Origin: Haliotis rubra
Taxonomy: Eukaryota
Direction of reading: 5' to 3'
DNA length: 64,000 bases
NCBI RefSeq assembly: GCF_003918875.1
Contig: NW_025767179.1
Span: forward strand, 434,001 to 498,000
Shown: positions 39,211-52,260 of the stretch, in pieces
Layout of the letters: every line of letters begins with the position of its first letter
How positions within the stretch are numbered: the first letter of the stretch is position 1
Program-made: the position numbers and the translations under genes
Notes under the pieces: generated by a model
What the model saw: the letters and a program-made list of their open reading frames with translations, nothing else
The model's database searches: none
Told to the model about the DNA's origin: nothing

Positions 39211-40863
39211 TACTCGAATTCAAAATTAGATAGGCACTGTAATCAATTCATTACAGAAATGGACATAATAAGCGGATCAAAAACACTTTTCGTATACAAT
39301 ATCTTGACACATCAGTGAATAACTCAGCACAATTCCAAGACATGACGTGAACGTTTGCAGTCCATTCAGACTCTTGACTTCAGTATCTAGTGTGACCATC
39401 ACGAGCGGCAATAACTGCAGCACAGCGTCTATGCATGGAGTGTTAACTAGCGTAATATATCCCCAAACCGGAAGTTTACATGCTTCGAATGGAACAGCGC
39501 ATGACCGGATGCCTCAGAGTGGATATTATGGACTGTCGAGCACAAGCACATGGCGTGCAATGTTGTATCTGGTATTCATGAACTGAATAAAGCCAATTTA
39601 ACATGGAGTGCACAAATCAATTGATGAAGACCATTGGCACCTTGAACCACACTCTGAGAAAAGCCTGGCGCAATAAGTCGGCTGTGTTCGGCCTTGGTGT
39701 GACATTATTCAGTCTCCTCTGAATTTCATCCCAAAGATGTTCAACTCGGTTTAAATCAGGACTATGCATAATGTTGACACAGTTCTGCTTTAGGAAGTCC
39801 CGTGTAGCTCTGGCAGTATGGGCCCGGGCGTTATCATGCTGGAAATTGTTGTTCCGGTGACGTGCGAAATGTGGTATGACGTGGGGTCTGAGAGCTTGGT
39901 CGATGTAGCGCTGTGGTGCCGCCTCCTCTCCCTGGACCAAGGTTCTGGAACACCACAGGACCCACTCTTTGGTTCAGGCCTATTCCACCCCATACCATGA
40001 TGTTTGCACCTCCCCATGAGTCTCTTTCCATAACAGATTGGTCTGACTTACGCTGACCACGTCGTCGCCATATTCTTGTTCTGCCATCTGCAGTTGATAC
40101 GCAGTACCGACTCTCATCTATGAACAGAACAGTTCTCCACTGCCTGTATCGCCAGTTTTGGTGTTGTAGGGCAAACTGTAGACGTTCACGCCGATGACGA
40201 GGGGTGTGGATAGGTCCGCGGTAAGGTCTACGGCAATGGAGGTTCCCGCTGTTAAGACGTCGGCGTACTGTATCAGTGCTGATTGGTCTTCCCTGTGTTC
40301 CCACTGTCTGGCGTGCTGCTTTGGATGCCTGCATGAAGGGATTCTGTACATAGTGTCGCACAAAATGGCGGTCTTGTCGTCTTGTGGTCACCCGTTGTCT
40401 GCCAGTACGGGGGCGATCATTTGTGGTTTTGGTGGCCCGGAAACGTTGCTACAGCCTGTTGATGGTCCGAATGTTGACCTGGAAGTGATTGGCAACGGCT
40501 TGTGCAGTGTGGCCAGCTTCAAGTCTTTCTAGCGCCTGGTTCCTCTGGGCTGTCGTGAGAAGGGGCATTCTGCTGACGTTGTAATGTGAATGTTTCAATC
40601 AGGTTTGGGGGTGCATGTTATAGGGCTGATCCTTGTGAACAGCACGTGCTGCATGAGTTGCATGAAAAACATGGAGAACACCGTACCGAGATCAGGTTGC
40701 GTTTTTGAGACCATTTCCTGGGTTCCATTCTGAGTTTGGGAAGGAATGGCTTTGCTCAGGTTGGAGATTTGTCAAAAATATACAATCAAAACATTAAATG
40801 AGTTTACAGTTATCTGTTTCTGCGAAGGAAAAGCCCAAACTGACGTTTCTTTTGCTACTCAGT
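39211..40863 (-). mobile_element. Degraded Tc1 transposon
   Basis: Transposase from ATG 40568 through FIDESRY, GGANIMVWGGI, FQHDNARAH and SPDLNRVEHLW, ending ...DGHTRY* near 39380. It is frameshifted and interrupted by a small insertion. The termini are uncertain. Confidence 0.85.
39443..39601. mobile_element. Small MITE-like insertion with 9-bp TSD inside the Tc1 transposase
   Basis: catggagtg at 39434-39442 and 39602-39610. Imperfect inverted termini ttaactagc / gccaatttaa. Removing the insert rejoins the transposase C-terminus. Confidence 0.7.
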
Positions 40864-41684
40864 TTTCTTGCTTAACTATTTTAGACTTGCACTATAGGTA
40901 TTATTTTCGACGTTATTTTTCTTGGTTTCCATATCAGGCAATTCAGGTCGGGTTATCGGGGACTACTCAGTGGTTAATAGCAATAACAAACAGGAGCCAG
41001 GAATTAATCCAGATATAAATAGTAGGTGATACGCACGATGACACGGTAGCCAGAACAGATAATTATATGGTGTCTGTAAACCAATAATATACCTGCCTAG
41101 CGCTTAGGACTTTTTAATTGTTTTAACTGTGCTCGCTTTCATGTCATTGTGCTTAACCATTGGCCTGTCTTGTTAAGTTCCACTACTGTAATCTCATTAT
41201 TGACGCCTGGATTAATCCCTAGCTTCTCTTTGCCCCTTGTTGTGATCTTATCACTGTTGTTGTTTCACGTATACTTATACTATTCACACTTTTCTAAGGA
41301 TCGAATCCTTGATTCAACAGAAAACTATGATGTGTGGTCAAATACCTAAGCCTATTGTAAGCATGGATCCAAGTTTTCAGTATGTCATTGCATCTGGTGG
41401 ATCCCATACCTGCTATTGACAGGTGTTGTGTACCTGTCAATGACCCATGCCATCATTTGCAAAATAGTTGATTGGTGCCATGAAAACCATTTTTATGGTT
41501 ACTCATGTATCAAGTGCATACGGTTAGCTTAAAGTGGCTGTTTTCCTAAAGATATGTTACCATATAATTATTTATCCAGTTTTAAATGGATACAATCACA
41601 CATTATAAATCTATGTTTAAGTCAATTTGCGAGTTTTTGTGATCCTTAACAAAGTGTTTCCATCTGTTTCCTCATTGTTTCATT

Positions 41685-41760
41685 CACCTGATGAAGGGGT
41701 AAGAATATACTCCGAAACCTCCTGTTCCTCAAAATAAAGACGTTAGATCCATAAATTCTC
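41685..41760 (+). mobile_element. Solo PLE pseudo-LTR remnant with degenerate hammerhead
   Basis: cac-CUGAUGA-a-GGGGU-aagaauau-ACUCC-GAAAC-CUC-cug followed by AATAAAGA...ATCCATA. The cleavage-site region is mutated, and no PLE ORF is seen nearby. Confidence 0.65.
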
Positions 41761-41993
41761 GCCTTTAAAAACATCTTGATTCTGTTCAATAAACGACATT
41801 TCGCCATAGGACCGACAAATAAGCACCAAGAAATATGTTGCTAGTTCCAACTTTGAAATGCCCCTCTTATGAAAGACGAATGTAATAATAACTGAAAACT
41901 TACCTAAACCTCGAAACAAGTGTAGGTTTTCCTTCCCAGAAGTGTGGCTGTTCACTGATATCAGTTCTTTGTTACCCTGGCATGGGTATTGAC

Positions 41994-42881
41994 TAGTGGT
42001 GTAACGATTCATCGATAGTATCGATGTTTGCATCGTCAACTACGCGATACGAGTGCATCGATACAAAACATGTTTAGGCAATATATCAGGATATTTATAT
42101 CGCGAGGGTCCATGATACATCGATGTATCGCCACAAGAGACGATATATCCCGATACTACTTAAATATTACTTAAAGTTGTAGGGAGTATTGCATAAGTAA
42201 TAGGAAGGGAGTCTCTTTGAAATTTTTCTGAATTTTAAAAACAAACTGAACCTAAAAGGCATTTGTTTGTGTCTGCCATCGTTGTTACATGAACAAAGGA
42301 GTAAGTGTATCAGTGAAAGCATGTGAACAATCTCTGTGAACTGTAAAGACTTGTCTTTAAGTAATTGAAACATGTTTTAGTTGTTTGACAAACACCATTT
42401 ATTAACAACTATGAACGATGTCTTAGCTTTGTTAAGAAAGAAGATAAAATTTAGAAAGCATACTTATGAGTTTTTGCAGTGATTCTGGTATAAATTACTG
42501 TATAAATTGCCTGTGCAAGCATTGGTGCAGAAACACAACTTTCAAGGGAAACCTAGAGCAAGGTGTACTGAATATGTTTGATTGTACTTTCTTAAGCATT
42601 AAATGCTGAAACTTTATTACATGAACAGCCTTTTAAGTGTGTGTGAATGTAACACATGTTGTGCTGAATAACAAATGAAGATTCAGTCATTTTATCTATC
42701 ATATATGTCCTGTTTTTAGGATTGTAAAGTATCGGGATAAGTATCGTATCGCCATCACTGTATCGTGATGATAATCGTCTCGCAGGTTCCTTGCCAATAC
42801 TTTCATGATATATCGTCTCGCCTCATTAAACTACTATCGGGATATATCGTCTCGCCACTTAGGCCACGATACACAGCTCTA
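41994..42881. mobile_element. Non-autonomous hAT-type DNA element
   Basis: An 8-bp TSD gtattgac lies at 41986-41993 and 42882-42889. Termini are TAG.../...CTA, with clustered CGATA/TATCG subterminal motifs at both ends. Confidence 0.8.
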
Positions 42882-44021
42882 GTATTGACACAACAAACTG
42901 TAGTAAAGTCAAAAGTGACCTACATATATACCTGTGTAGGTGACGACACGTGACGGTGATTCACTCTACAAAGGCTCCAGTTGTCCTCGCAATGCCTGTG
43001 GAAAATACTCATGTACTGTTTGAATGTAAAATAAAATATACGTTCAGTCTGCTGGCAGGTTGACTCGAGCTGGAGATGTAATTATTTCGAATTTGTATTG
43101 TTTACTACTAGGGTCGTTGATAACAACACAATAAGACACATTTAAATAGATAGTATGATGCAGATAATAAAATAAATAAGATTCCATGATTTGGAAATAA
43201 TGTATTACCGTTCATTTTTGAGAATTAAAATTAGAAGAATCATCGTCTGGGATTCAGAAAGGAGTGAAGAATTCCATTCCTTTCAATTGTTTAGAGAATA
43301 ACTTGACATGAAACCTCATTCTCGGAAAGTGGATTTTGTTAGAGAGTCCGAGCACTTGAGGGTCCGTTACCTGAAGTAAAACAAAAAGAACGATGAGGAA
43401 AATTAGTGTTCCTGAATTAAAGTTAAAAGGTAATTCAGCCCAGTATAAATTCACGATTGTTTGGATTCTCTAGAGGACATCAAGTCTGCTGCAAACAGAA
43501 ATGATATGTCTTCTTTGGGGAAAATACACAATTCTGCTGTCATCAGAAGGAGGGGAAAATCACTTAGGTGACGAATCTCCAGCTGCCTTGGCAGTGGTCA
43601 ATGAGCTAGAAGGGTATGACATCGACTCTCATTGTGAAGAGAAACGCAAATTTCAGAGGGCGGAACCAAGGCTCTCAGGAAGCATAATCGAATACGTGGC
43701 AGCAGGTTCAATCCTATATCGTACCAAGTCCCTTCGGATCAGGTCAGTTTTCTACATGAATATACGCCTGATGGGATAAGGACACTAGCGAGCGTCCTGT
43801 TCAGTTGCTGCAGGTCGTCAAGGTACTAGAGGGCTGTATGTCAAGCCGGCCGAGACAAAGCCAAGAGGTGACGTAGAGCCAGTTGGCGACTGTATTTCAA
43901 GGGGCTCCGGCAGTGGTAAAGTTTACAGAGCTTATCCATGGTTGCTCAGATATAGTTGGTACTTGCAATAGTGAAAACAATTCCATATCAATGAAAGACT
44001 TTTTTTCCATCTTTTATTCCA

Positions 44022-44150
44022 NNNNNNNNNNNNNNNNNNNNNNNNNNNNNNNNNNNNNNNNNNNNNNNNNNNNNNNNNNNNNNNNNNNNNNNNNNNNNNN
44101 NNNNNNNNNNNNNNNNNNNNNNNNNNNNNNNNNNNNNNNNNNNNNNNNNC
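44022..44150. other. Assembly gap
   Basis: Run of N. Confidence 1.
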
Positions 44151-44617
44151 ACATCAATACACATTCTCAAATCTCCATTCCTACAATCGATACATATCTT
44201 TGAATATATTCAGTATACTTAATCTATGTATATCAAAAAGAGATAACGGCGATTAAATAAACTACAGTATGTTTATCTGACATAATGTCTTCATTTAATA
44301 GATTATGGAGAGATGCTCAGAAGGTACAGAACATGTTGCTGCATGTAGAGTTAGCAATATATTGTGTAGTTTCATAGTATCTTGATATCTCCCTTGCTAC
44401 ATGCTTGAAATTTGGAACTTTTTCTTTTATCTTCTGTGTATATATTACAAGCTTCACGACAAGGCATATTGAATTTACGGAATAGTTATTTTCCCTTCAA
44501 ATCCATGTAAGATGTTTTCTGATTTAAAATGGCTTAGTATTCATGATGATGAAAGAGGGGTGTGTGTGTGTGTGTGTGTGTGAGGGGTTGCATGACCTGA
44601 ATCACCTACCTCGCTTA

Positions 44618-47600
44618 CTTCAATCTTTAATTCAATCTTTATTTCGTACTGAAGAGGCCACAGGCCTTTAGTACATATACATATATAATGGGGAATTACA
44701 TAAATAAATATATTTACATTACAGTGATAAAACTTTTGTTCTATACAACATTGCAGTGTGGATGAACATGGCAAGATTTTGTAATATATTTTGATTTTTA
44801 CTGCTTATAAGGGTAGAGAATTTTATGATGCTTGGATGGATATAGTAATATCTTTTAATGTATTTACAACGTATTGAATTATATGATGGACAGATGAGGA
44901 GAAAGTGATATTCATCTTCAATTTCATTTAAACGACAAAGTGTACATATTCTCTCTTCTCTTTTAACATTTTTATATCTGCCGCTTTCAATCAACAAATC
45001 TTGCGATGAGGATGAACATCGGAATCTTGCTTCTAGTGATCGCCGTAAAATTTAGCGGCAAAAGATCGCAACAAATTATATTAACAGAACACCATTAAGT
45101 ATTCAACTTCATTGACATACATCTTTTTAACTTTTGAATAGTAAAATGGCATTTGTCCGTTGTCAACGAGATGGAGACGCCACTGATTTTCTCACAACCA
45201 TTCTGTTTGAAGATATATGTCTTTAAGTCTTATGGTTAACGACTGAATGATCACTGACGTTGTGATTCTACATGATTGTGCATTCACGAAACGTCTCACC
45301 ATGAAGCCAATTAGTAGAAGATATAAGAAGTTCTGTAACATGGTGATGTCCTAAATTTCTTTATCCATTTAAGTATACTTCATCATACAATAACAAACAT
45401 CATATTATAAAAAGATTTCGTCTTATGGTTAACGACTGATGAATGACGTATGAAGGCATATTTAACAGTTTTAACCAATATTTGATAAAAAATTCGGTAA
45501 CCGATATGAAGGCATTTATGCTTGTAAACAAGTGCATTGGATATCTGCCACATTCACCGTAAACTACTGCATTAACTGTATTCAATTTAACACCAAGATA
45601 TTTTTGCATGCATACAAGTGTATTCTTTCTATTTGATGAAAGTCTGCTAATCCCCAGATTTCTGCTCCGTACGTCAAAATTGGGTTTATCTTTGCATCAA
45701 AAATCTTAAAAAAGGTTTTGTAACTAATATCTCCAAGTGTACTTACTGTCTTCATAATACCAATAAGTGCCTTTTGCGCTTGGAGCGAAGCATATTTGAC
45801 ATGCATGTTCCAAGACAAACCATTGGTAAAATACAATCCCAAATATTTATAATAGCTAACACAGTCTAGATGTATACCATTAAACAACCACTTTTCTTTT
45901 TTAGAAAGTTTACCTCCCTTTTTAAAGACTATGATTTTTGTTTTCTCTCTGTTTACTGTTAATTTCCATTTATCGCAGTAATGTTCGAGTTCATTTATTT
46001 GATTTTGGAGGCCACTAACGGTGCTTGAAAACAACACAATGTCGTCTGCAAACAACAGAAGGAAGATTTTAAATATTTCTGGGTGAAGTTGTATGCCACT
46101 TAAGCAATTAGTTTCGATTTGAACAGCAAGCTCATTGATGAAAAATGAAAACAGGAAAGGAATAAGTATACATCCTTGCCTTACACCAAGTTTTAATTCG
46201 AACGTTTCCGAAAATTCTTGATTATTTTTAACACATGCCTTCACGATCATACATATTAGTCAAAAGTTTACTCATTTTATTACTGAGACCATGATATTGA
46301 AATAGAGACCAAAGCTTGTTGCGTTGGACAGAGTCAAAGGCTTTCGCAAAATCTACAAATAGGGCATATACTTTTCCTCCTTTTAAATTCAAATATCTCT
46401 GTATTATACTTTGTAAAATAAACATGTTATCAACAGTGGTATATCCATGTCTAAATCCAGCTTGCGATTCATTTATCTTATCCATTGTATCTCCCCAGCT
46501 TACAAGTCTCTTATTAACTATAAAAGTGAAAATTTTACTAAATATACTAAGTAATGTTATTCCTCTATAGTTATTTGGGTTATTTGCATCACCATGTTTA
46601 TGGATCGGAACAATGATACCAATCGTCCAACATTTTGGGAAAGTACCATTTTCCAATATGATATTAAATAGTAGTTCTAGGTATGGAGCGATAAGGTCGG
46701 ACGAGTGTTTAAAGAATTCTGATATCATGCCATCAAATCCTGGTGATTTGTTTGATTTAAGATTGTCAATACTTTCAAAAATCTCTTCTCTAGTGATTGG
46801 TGAATCAAGTATATCTGCCGTAAGTTCTGAATTTTGCCGGCTCAGGTTGGTTTGCTCTGTATTGTCATGATAATTATGGTCATTTTTATTATCTACTCTA
46901 TGAACACCACAAAAGAGTTGCCCAAAGTGTGCCTACCAATCGTGTATCTGAATATTGTTTTGCCTTACTTGATGGTTATTTAAAGTTCAGACAAGAAATG
47001 TTTGGAATTAGATATGCTATTTTCTATTGTTATTCGTTTTTCTCTAAAATAGTCAATACGGTTTTTTTTGCAAAGTGCATTATATTGGTTTCTTACGATG
47101 CAATATTGATCAAATGAATGCTTGTCTTTACATTTCCGGAACTTATTGAGAAATTTGCATCTTTCGGTTTTTAGTTTTTCGCAATCTGAGTCAAACCAAC
47201 TTTTCAAGTATGCTTTTGATTGACCAACTTTTTTCTCATACAAGAAGCCGCTGAGCAGATCGCATCTGTCATATATCGTATACTTTCATCTATACTAGTG
47301 AAAGCACAATCAACAGATTTATCTAGCAATTCCTGAACGTTTTCAGATAACAAATTTTCCTGAACTGTCCTGACTTATCATTATCCCAAGTAAACCTGTA
47401 CGTAATTTCAGATCTTTTATCATGTGTATCAGCTTTTCTATTATGATTTGATTTTATTCGTAATATAATGGGAAGATGGTCTGATTCTATGCGTGATTGT
47501 ATACTGAAATCATTTACATAGTCAAATAATGCTGCTGACGAAATAACATAATCAATAACACTGGTACCATTCAGACCTATGTAAGTAAAATCTCCGAGTT

Positions 47601-49697
47601 GTGCATCACTGCCACAACGACCATTCATAATATGAATATTAAAAACGGAGCACATGTCAAGAAGAGTTTTACCAAACCTGTTTATAACTTTGTCGGCGGA
47701 GAACCGTTTAAGATGGAAATAGTCTATAAGAAAGTCCCAGTACGAATGGTTTTGAGTTTCAGTGTATTCCAGCAGATCATCCTCGATAAAATCGGGGTCT
47801 ATTCCCGTACGCGCATTGAAATCTCCGCCACAGAAGATATAGCAGTCTGGTACAGAAGAAACAATTAATAATAGGTTATCCTGAAATAAATTTACACCAT
47901 TATTACATAGTGGTGAGTATTTATCATACCAAGTGGATGCTTCAGGCTGTACATATACACAAGAGTACAAACTATCTTTGTCTAGGTGAAACAGTGTATG
48001 GTCAAACATGATAAATATAGCGTTTTCTGTTACTTTAGACCATTTCATGTAATCATAAAACTCTTTCTTTATCAGTACAACGATACCCCCGGAAGGTCTC
48101 CCCTTATTAGATATTTTTTGTGCATTTTTTTCAATCAACTTAAAATCACTGAAAATATTTTCTAGGTCTAAGTCAAGCGACCAAGTTTCAGTAATACCAA
48201 TTATATCAAGTGATTTGATATAATCTACGAAACAAGCGTCTGTAAGTTTTTGCACGATACCGGAAATGTTCCAGAAAATAAAATTGACTATTTCACAAAC
48301 ATTTTCACAATCGTCAGTCTCATTCACAACACTTTGATGCGTCAAAGAACGTCTCACATGATCCTGGCCCTGGCCACCTCCCTAGCGGGTGTGGTCTCTG
48401 TCAGTGGGTCGCGATGACGATCTCAGACCCTGTCTCGTGCCCCCGCGGTCTCGGTCTCCACGATTGTCCGACCTCGGTTTACTCCGTGTGTCCCCAGATC
48501 TACCTTGGTCTTCCTTAGGGTCCTGCATTATCTTGCCCCCCTTATAGTAGAAGCGGGTGTCGGGGTGTGCATCTCTCAGGCGGTTGAGTTCTTTTCGCTG
48601 ATAGGTGGTGAGATCATTGGCTATACCAACACCCTGCTCTTTAAGTACACTCCTCAATTTGACAGAATGCCACTTATCTTCCCAGTGGTTCATACGGACG
48701 ATAATCGGTCTTGTCTTATCGCTCTTTTTGCCGATCCTATGGGCTCTCTCAATGTCTCTAGGTGTAAGGGGTGGGAGATCTTTAGTCACTCTCGCTTTAT
48801 TGAGAAAAATATCGATCACTTTGTTCTTGCTTTCTGTGTAGGTCTCATTATCATCAGTTTCCTGGACATTATATAACACAATGTTATTCCTCCTGCTACG
48901 CTGTTCCTGATCCTCTAGATGTGTGTCTAGATTGTCTAATTGTGCCTCTATATCTGTTGTTTTATCATTTAAAGTGTCAATATCCATTCTAATGACATCT
49001 TGTTCTTGTTTATTGGTGTAGATTTCTTCTCTTAGTTCATTGATGTCTAATTTTATAGATTTTATGTCCTCTTTAACCGAACAAATATCTTTAGAAAGTC
49101 TATTTTCCGAGTCCTTTATCTGCCGGAGGATTACCCTCTGTACCTCGTCTAAATCGGTGGTAGGTCCCGGGTTTGTCTCGACATCTCCAGAGAGAAGAAT
49201 AATGGGTGATCTGACACTATTCGCAGGGAGGGGTGGGGGTAGGAACAGACGAGTACGATCGATACTGAGCCGGGGTGTGCTATCCGTGACGTTACTGCTT
49301 GGACACAAATGTAAACAAACAGTTTCTGGATGGCAAAACTCACTCGGGTAGTCTTTGTAGCTCGCACACTGTTCAATATATCGAATCAGGGAGAATGATA
49401 AGATGAGATGCACAGACAAGAACACAAAACATGCGTTGAGTCGGAGCGGCATGTCAGAGCCAGCCGTGAACGGTGTATACCTGTCAACATGGCTGATGTG
49501 TCGGGTACCACTAGGGTGTGAAAAAGTCCCAATCCTTGCTCTGTAGAGCACTATATTTATCATTTTTCACATGAAACTCTTCACTGATCCCTTATGGATG
49601 TATACGATATAGTTTTAGATTCTGGTGATGTGTGGATTATTATTTACCCTATATTTTCCCTGACTGCTCTTTTTCCGTGACTCGTCTCTAGGGGCGC
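44618..49697 (-). mobile_element. Near full-length CR1/L2-group LINE (ORF1 open, ORF2 frameshifted)
   Basis: ORF1 49563-48382 (coiled coil, RRNNIVLYNV, HRIG). ORF2 pieces: APE 48357-47323 (WNISG, TETW, GDFNAR, SDHLP), RT 46728-45582 (NYRGITLL, FVDFAKAFDSV, GVRQGC, LFADD) and C-terminal CTLC...HFLLIC 44997-44719. The 3' end has a stem-loop, AATAAA and attgaa repeats at 44618-44675. The 5' boundary is approximate. Confidence 0.92.
49162..49200 (-). other. 2A-like (StopGo) ribosomal skipping motif in LINE ORF1
   Basis: ILLSGDVETNPG|P matches the D(V/I)ExNPGP consensus. Confidence 0.85.
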
Positions 49698-50799
49698 ATA
49701 ACTCTTCATTTGATGGTTTGTTATTTAACGTCACACTCAACAATATTCCAGCTATATGGCGGCAGTCTGTAAATAATCGAGTCCGTATAATTAAATCCAG
49801 TGATCAACAGCATGTGCATCGATCTACGCAAATGGAATACGATGACATATGTCATCCAAGTCAGCGAGTCTAACCATCCGATCCCGATAGTCGCCACTAA
49901 CGACAAGCTTGTTTTCCAAAACAACAGTGATACATACTAAACAAATAATGCATTAAGTTGAAAATCAGTTTTTCTTCTTCTAAATGTTTTAATACAACAT
50001 TCTAAAGCCCCCCTATTTGTAACAGTTTTTTGAAAAGTCTTCGTGGGTAGGTAACTGATTAAAAGTTACGTGCATATTTCAACAGTAATTGAACTTCATA
50101 GCATGCAACATTTGGTCAAGTGGTTCTTACAATTCTACATATTGTTAGTTTTTTCAATTTTAGTATTATTCAAACTCCCAGATGGATGACATTTATTGGA
50201 TACCCTTACTCCAATAATGAGAGGGAGAAGGTGCCTACTAGACAGTTCATTGCGGTTTCGCCAGTTATTTCCCTGCACTGAGCTTACCGTGTATTCTTTA
50301 TCAACAACACTGTAAGAGAAGTTATCGCACATGACAGACAAAACATGGTTCAGGTGTAAAGCAGGACATGAATTTGAACTAATAAGGTTAATTCTGATTC
50401 AAACATGTCTTTGTATTTTAAATATGCTCGGTAAATTAACCACATTCAAGTAAGGGTGCGAACAGAGTGTCATCTGCAGTGCTTGATACATCACAATAGT
50501 TTTCAGGAGTTTTTGTGTTCGACTATTCAGCATCTCCTCAGCCAGTGTGAAAGCCGTGAACGTTAGATAAATATATTTAATTGACGCTTCTGTCGACACA
50601 AATTGGCGTAAGCAAAATATCAGAAAAACTCAGTTAACTACCTTCACGTCGACAGTGGGTTTGATTTAATTACGTAGGTGACTTGTGTGTTACTTGTAAA
50701 GGCTATTGGTGTAAACGTATGTTTAAGCAGGGATGAAAGTGTACACACATATAAGGTATATACGAACCTACAGCAAGTTACTGCAACCACCACCACTAT

Positions 50800-50938
50800 A
50801 AGGGCGGATACAGCTTTTTGAGAAAAGCGGGGTGCACAGTTCATTTTCACCCGGTTTCACGAGAGTTTCAATGGTCATTTGATAAACTTTCATGACAAAG
50901 GGGTTCGCACCCCTGCATCCACCTCTGGATCCACCTAT
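50800..50938. mobile_element. Short PIF/Harbinger-like MITE remnant
   Basis: Imperfect termini agggcggatacag / ctggatccaccta. Confidence 0.4.
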
Positions 50939-52108
50939 GCACTATCACTACTGAATCTTCTAAAGCCACAAGTCACATGATCGAAACCGAAAACAATCGC
51001 TTTGTGACGAACTAAGTAAATATTCCATCTTTAAACTTCCAAGTAAGTGAGGAAGTGTTCTTTCCGAATTCGAATGTGACATAATGCATTCTAGTAGTGG
51101 TAATCACTATTTCTTATTAACTGAGGTAGAACCAGTCCACTTTTAGATTGAAGCGTTGGACGCAGTCAGAAATATATCGGACTCCTGTTTATAACAAAAA
51201 TGTCTTTTCCCGAAATCGGAATATACCAAAAGAATGAACATAAGTAGAACTGTGGATCTTTTGCAGACAGAAATCAATATTTGCAGCAAAGAGCGTTTGG
51301 GTGGTCCTGGCACAGATAGGCTGGTTAGGCTTATCGTCAGCTCAGGGCACTTGCCCCTTCTACACGCAGCCTCGACAGCGAATGAGTGTTCTCCCATGAA
51401 GTAATGCCTTCCCGAACCCACCAACATTGTATCGGAGAATAAGAAGACTCCCCAAGTTAGTGTTTCAAAAGGACATTCTCCTGAACGATAAACAATCCTA
51501 TGATAGTTGTTAATATCTTTAATCAGAGCAATGACAAATCAGTGTCATTGGAGAATCACGTGTTTTTGCAATGACCTTGGCCTATTCAATCATTGTTTTA
51601 ATTATTGAAGCTTTCTAAAATTTTACTGTTACAGATGGTCATGATGATTGCCATCATATTTTATCGTGTTACTCACTAAACAAAACTGAATTCATTTTTC
51701 TAATTGCATTTACAAATATATATTTGTTCTGCGATCTGACCATGCAAGATTTAATGTTTAAAAGATGAAGGTCTTCCATGTATCCCCTGGGATATAAGAA
51801 TCACAGTTAAGCATGTCCTGCTTAACTGTATTAATTTTTCCATCACAAGGGATAAATATTTCAGTGTAAAACAGGGAAGAGTATTTTTTTATAATGACAA
51901 TTCTCATTTAGGTATTGCTTTCTTAAAATATATAGAATTGTTGGATAAATTTTGATATATATGTTGTAAACAGGTAATGTTTTACAATTGGTAGATTGAG
52001 TGAGTGAGTTAATATTTAACGTCACATCGGCAATATCTCAGCCATATCGTGACGAAAACAATTTATACAATACAAAATGAAAACATGCCGATGTGACTAT
52101 GAATGTTA

Positions 52109-52260
52109 GGGGCGGTTGGGTAGCCTAGTGGTTAAAGCGTTCGCTCGTCACACTGAAGACCCGGGTTCGATTCCCCACATGGGTTCAATGCGTAAAGCAC
52201 ATTTCTGGTGTCCCCCGCCGTGATATTGCTAAAAGCGGCGTACAACTAAACTCACTCACT
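52109..52260 (+). mobile_element. tRNA-headed SINE (family B), representative copy
   Basis: A box GTAGCCTAGTGG, B box GGTTCGATTCC and (ACTC)n tail. Other copies lie at about 2312-2476, 8828-8992, 37937-38045, 58497-58591 and 62626-62741. Confidence 0.85.

Noticed and set aside
42899-43127. Possible solo LTR (TGTAG...ATAACAACA with AATAAA)
   Set aside because: No convincing TSD, second LTR or internal domain was seen, so it is not supportable.
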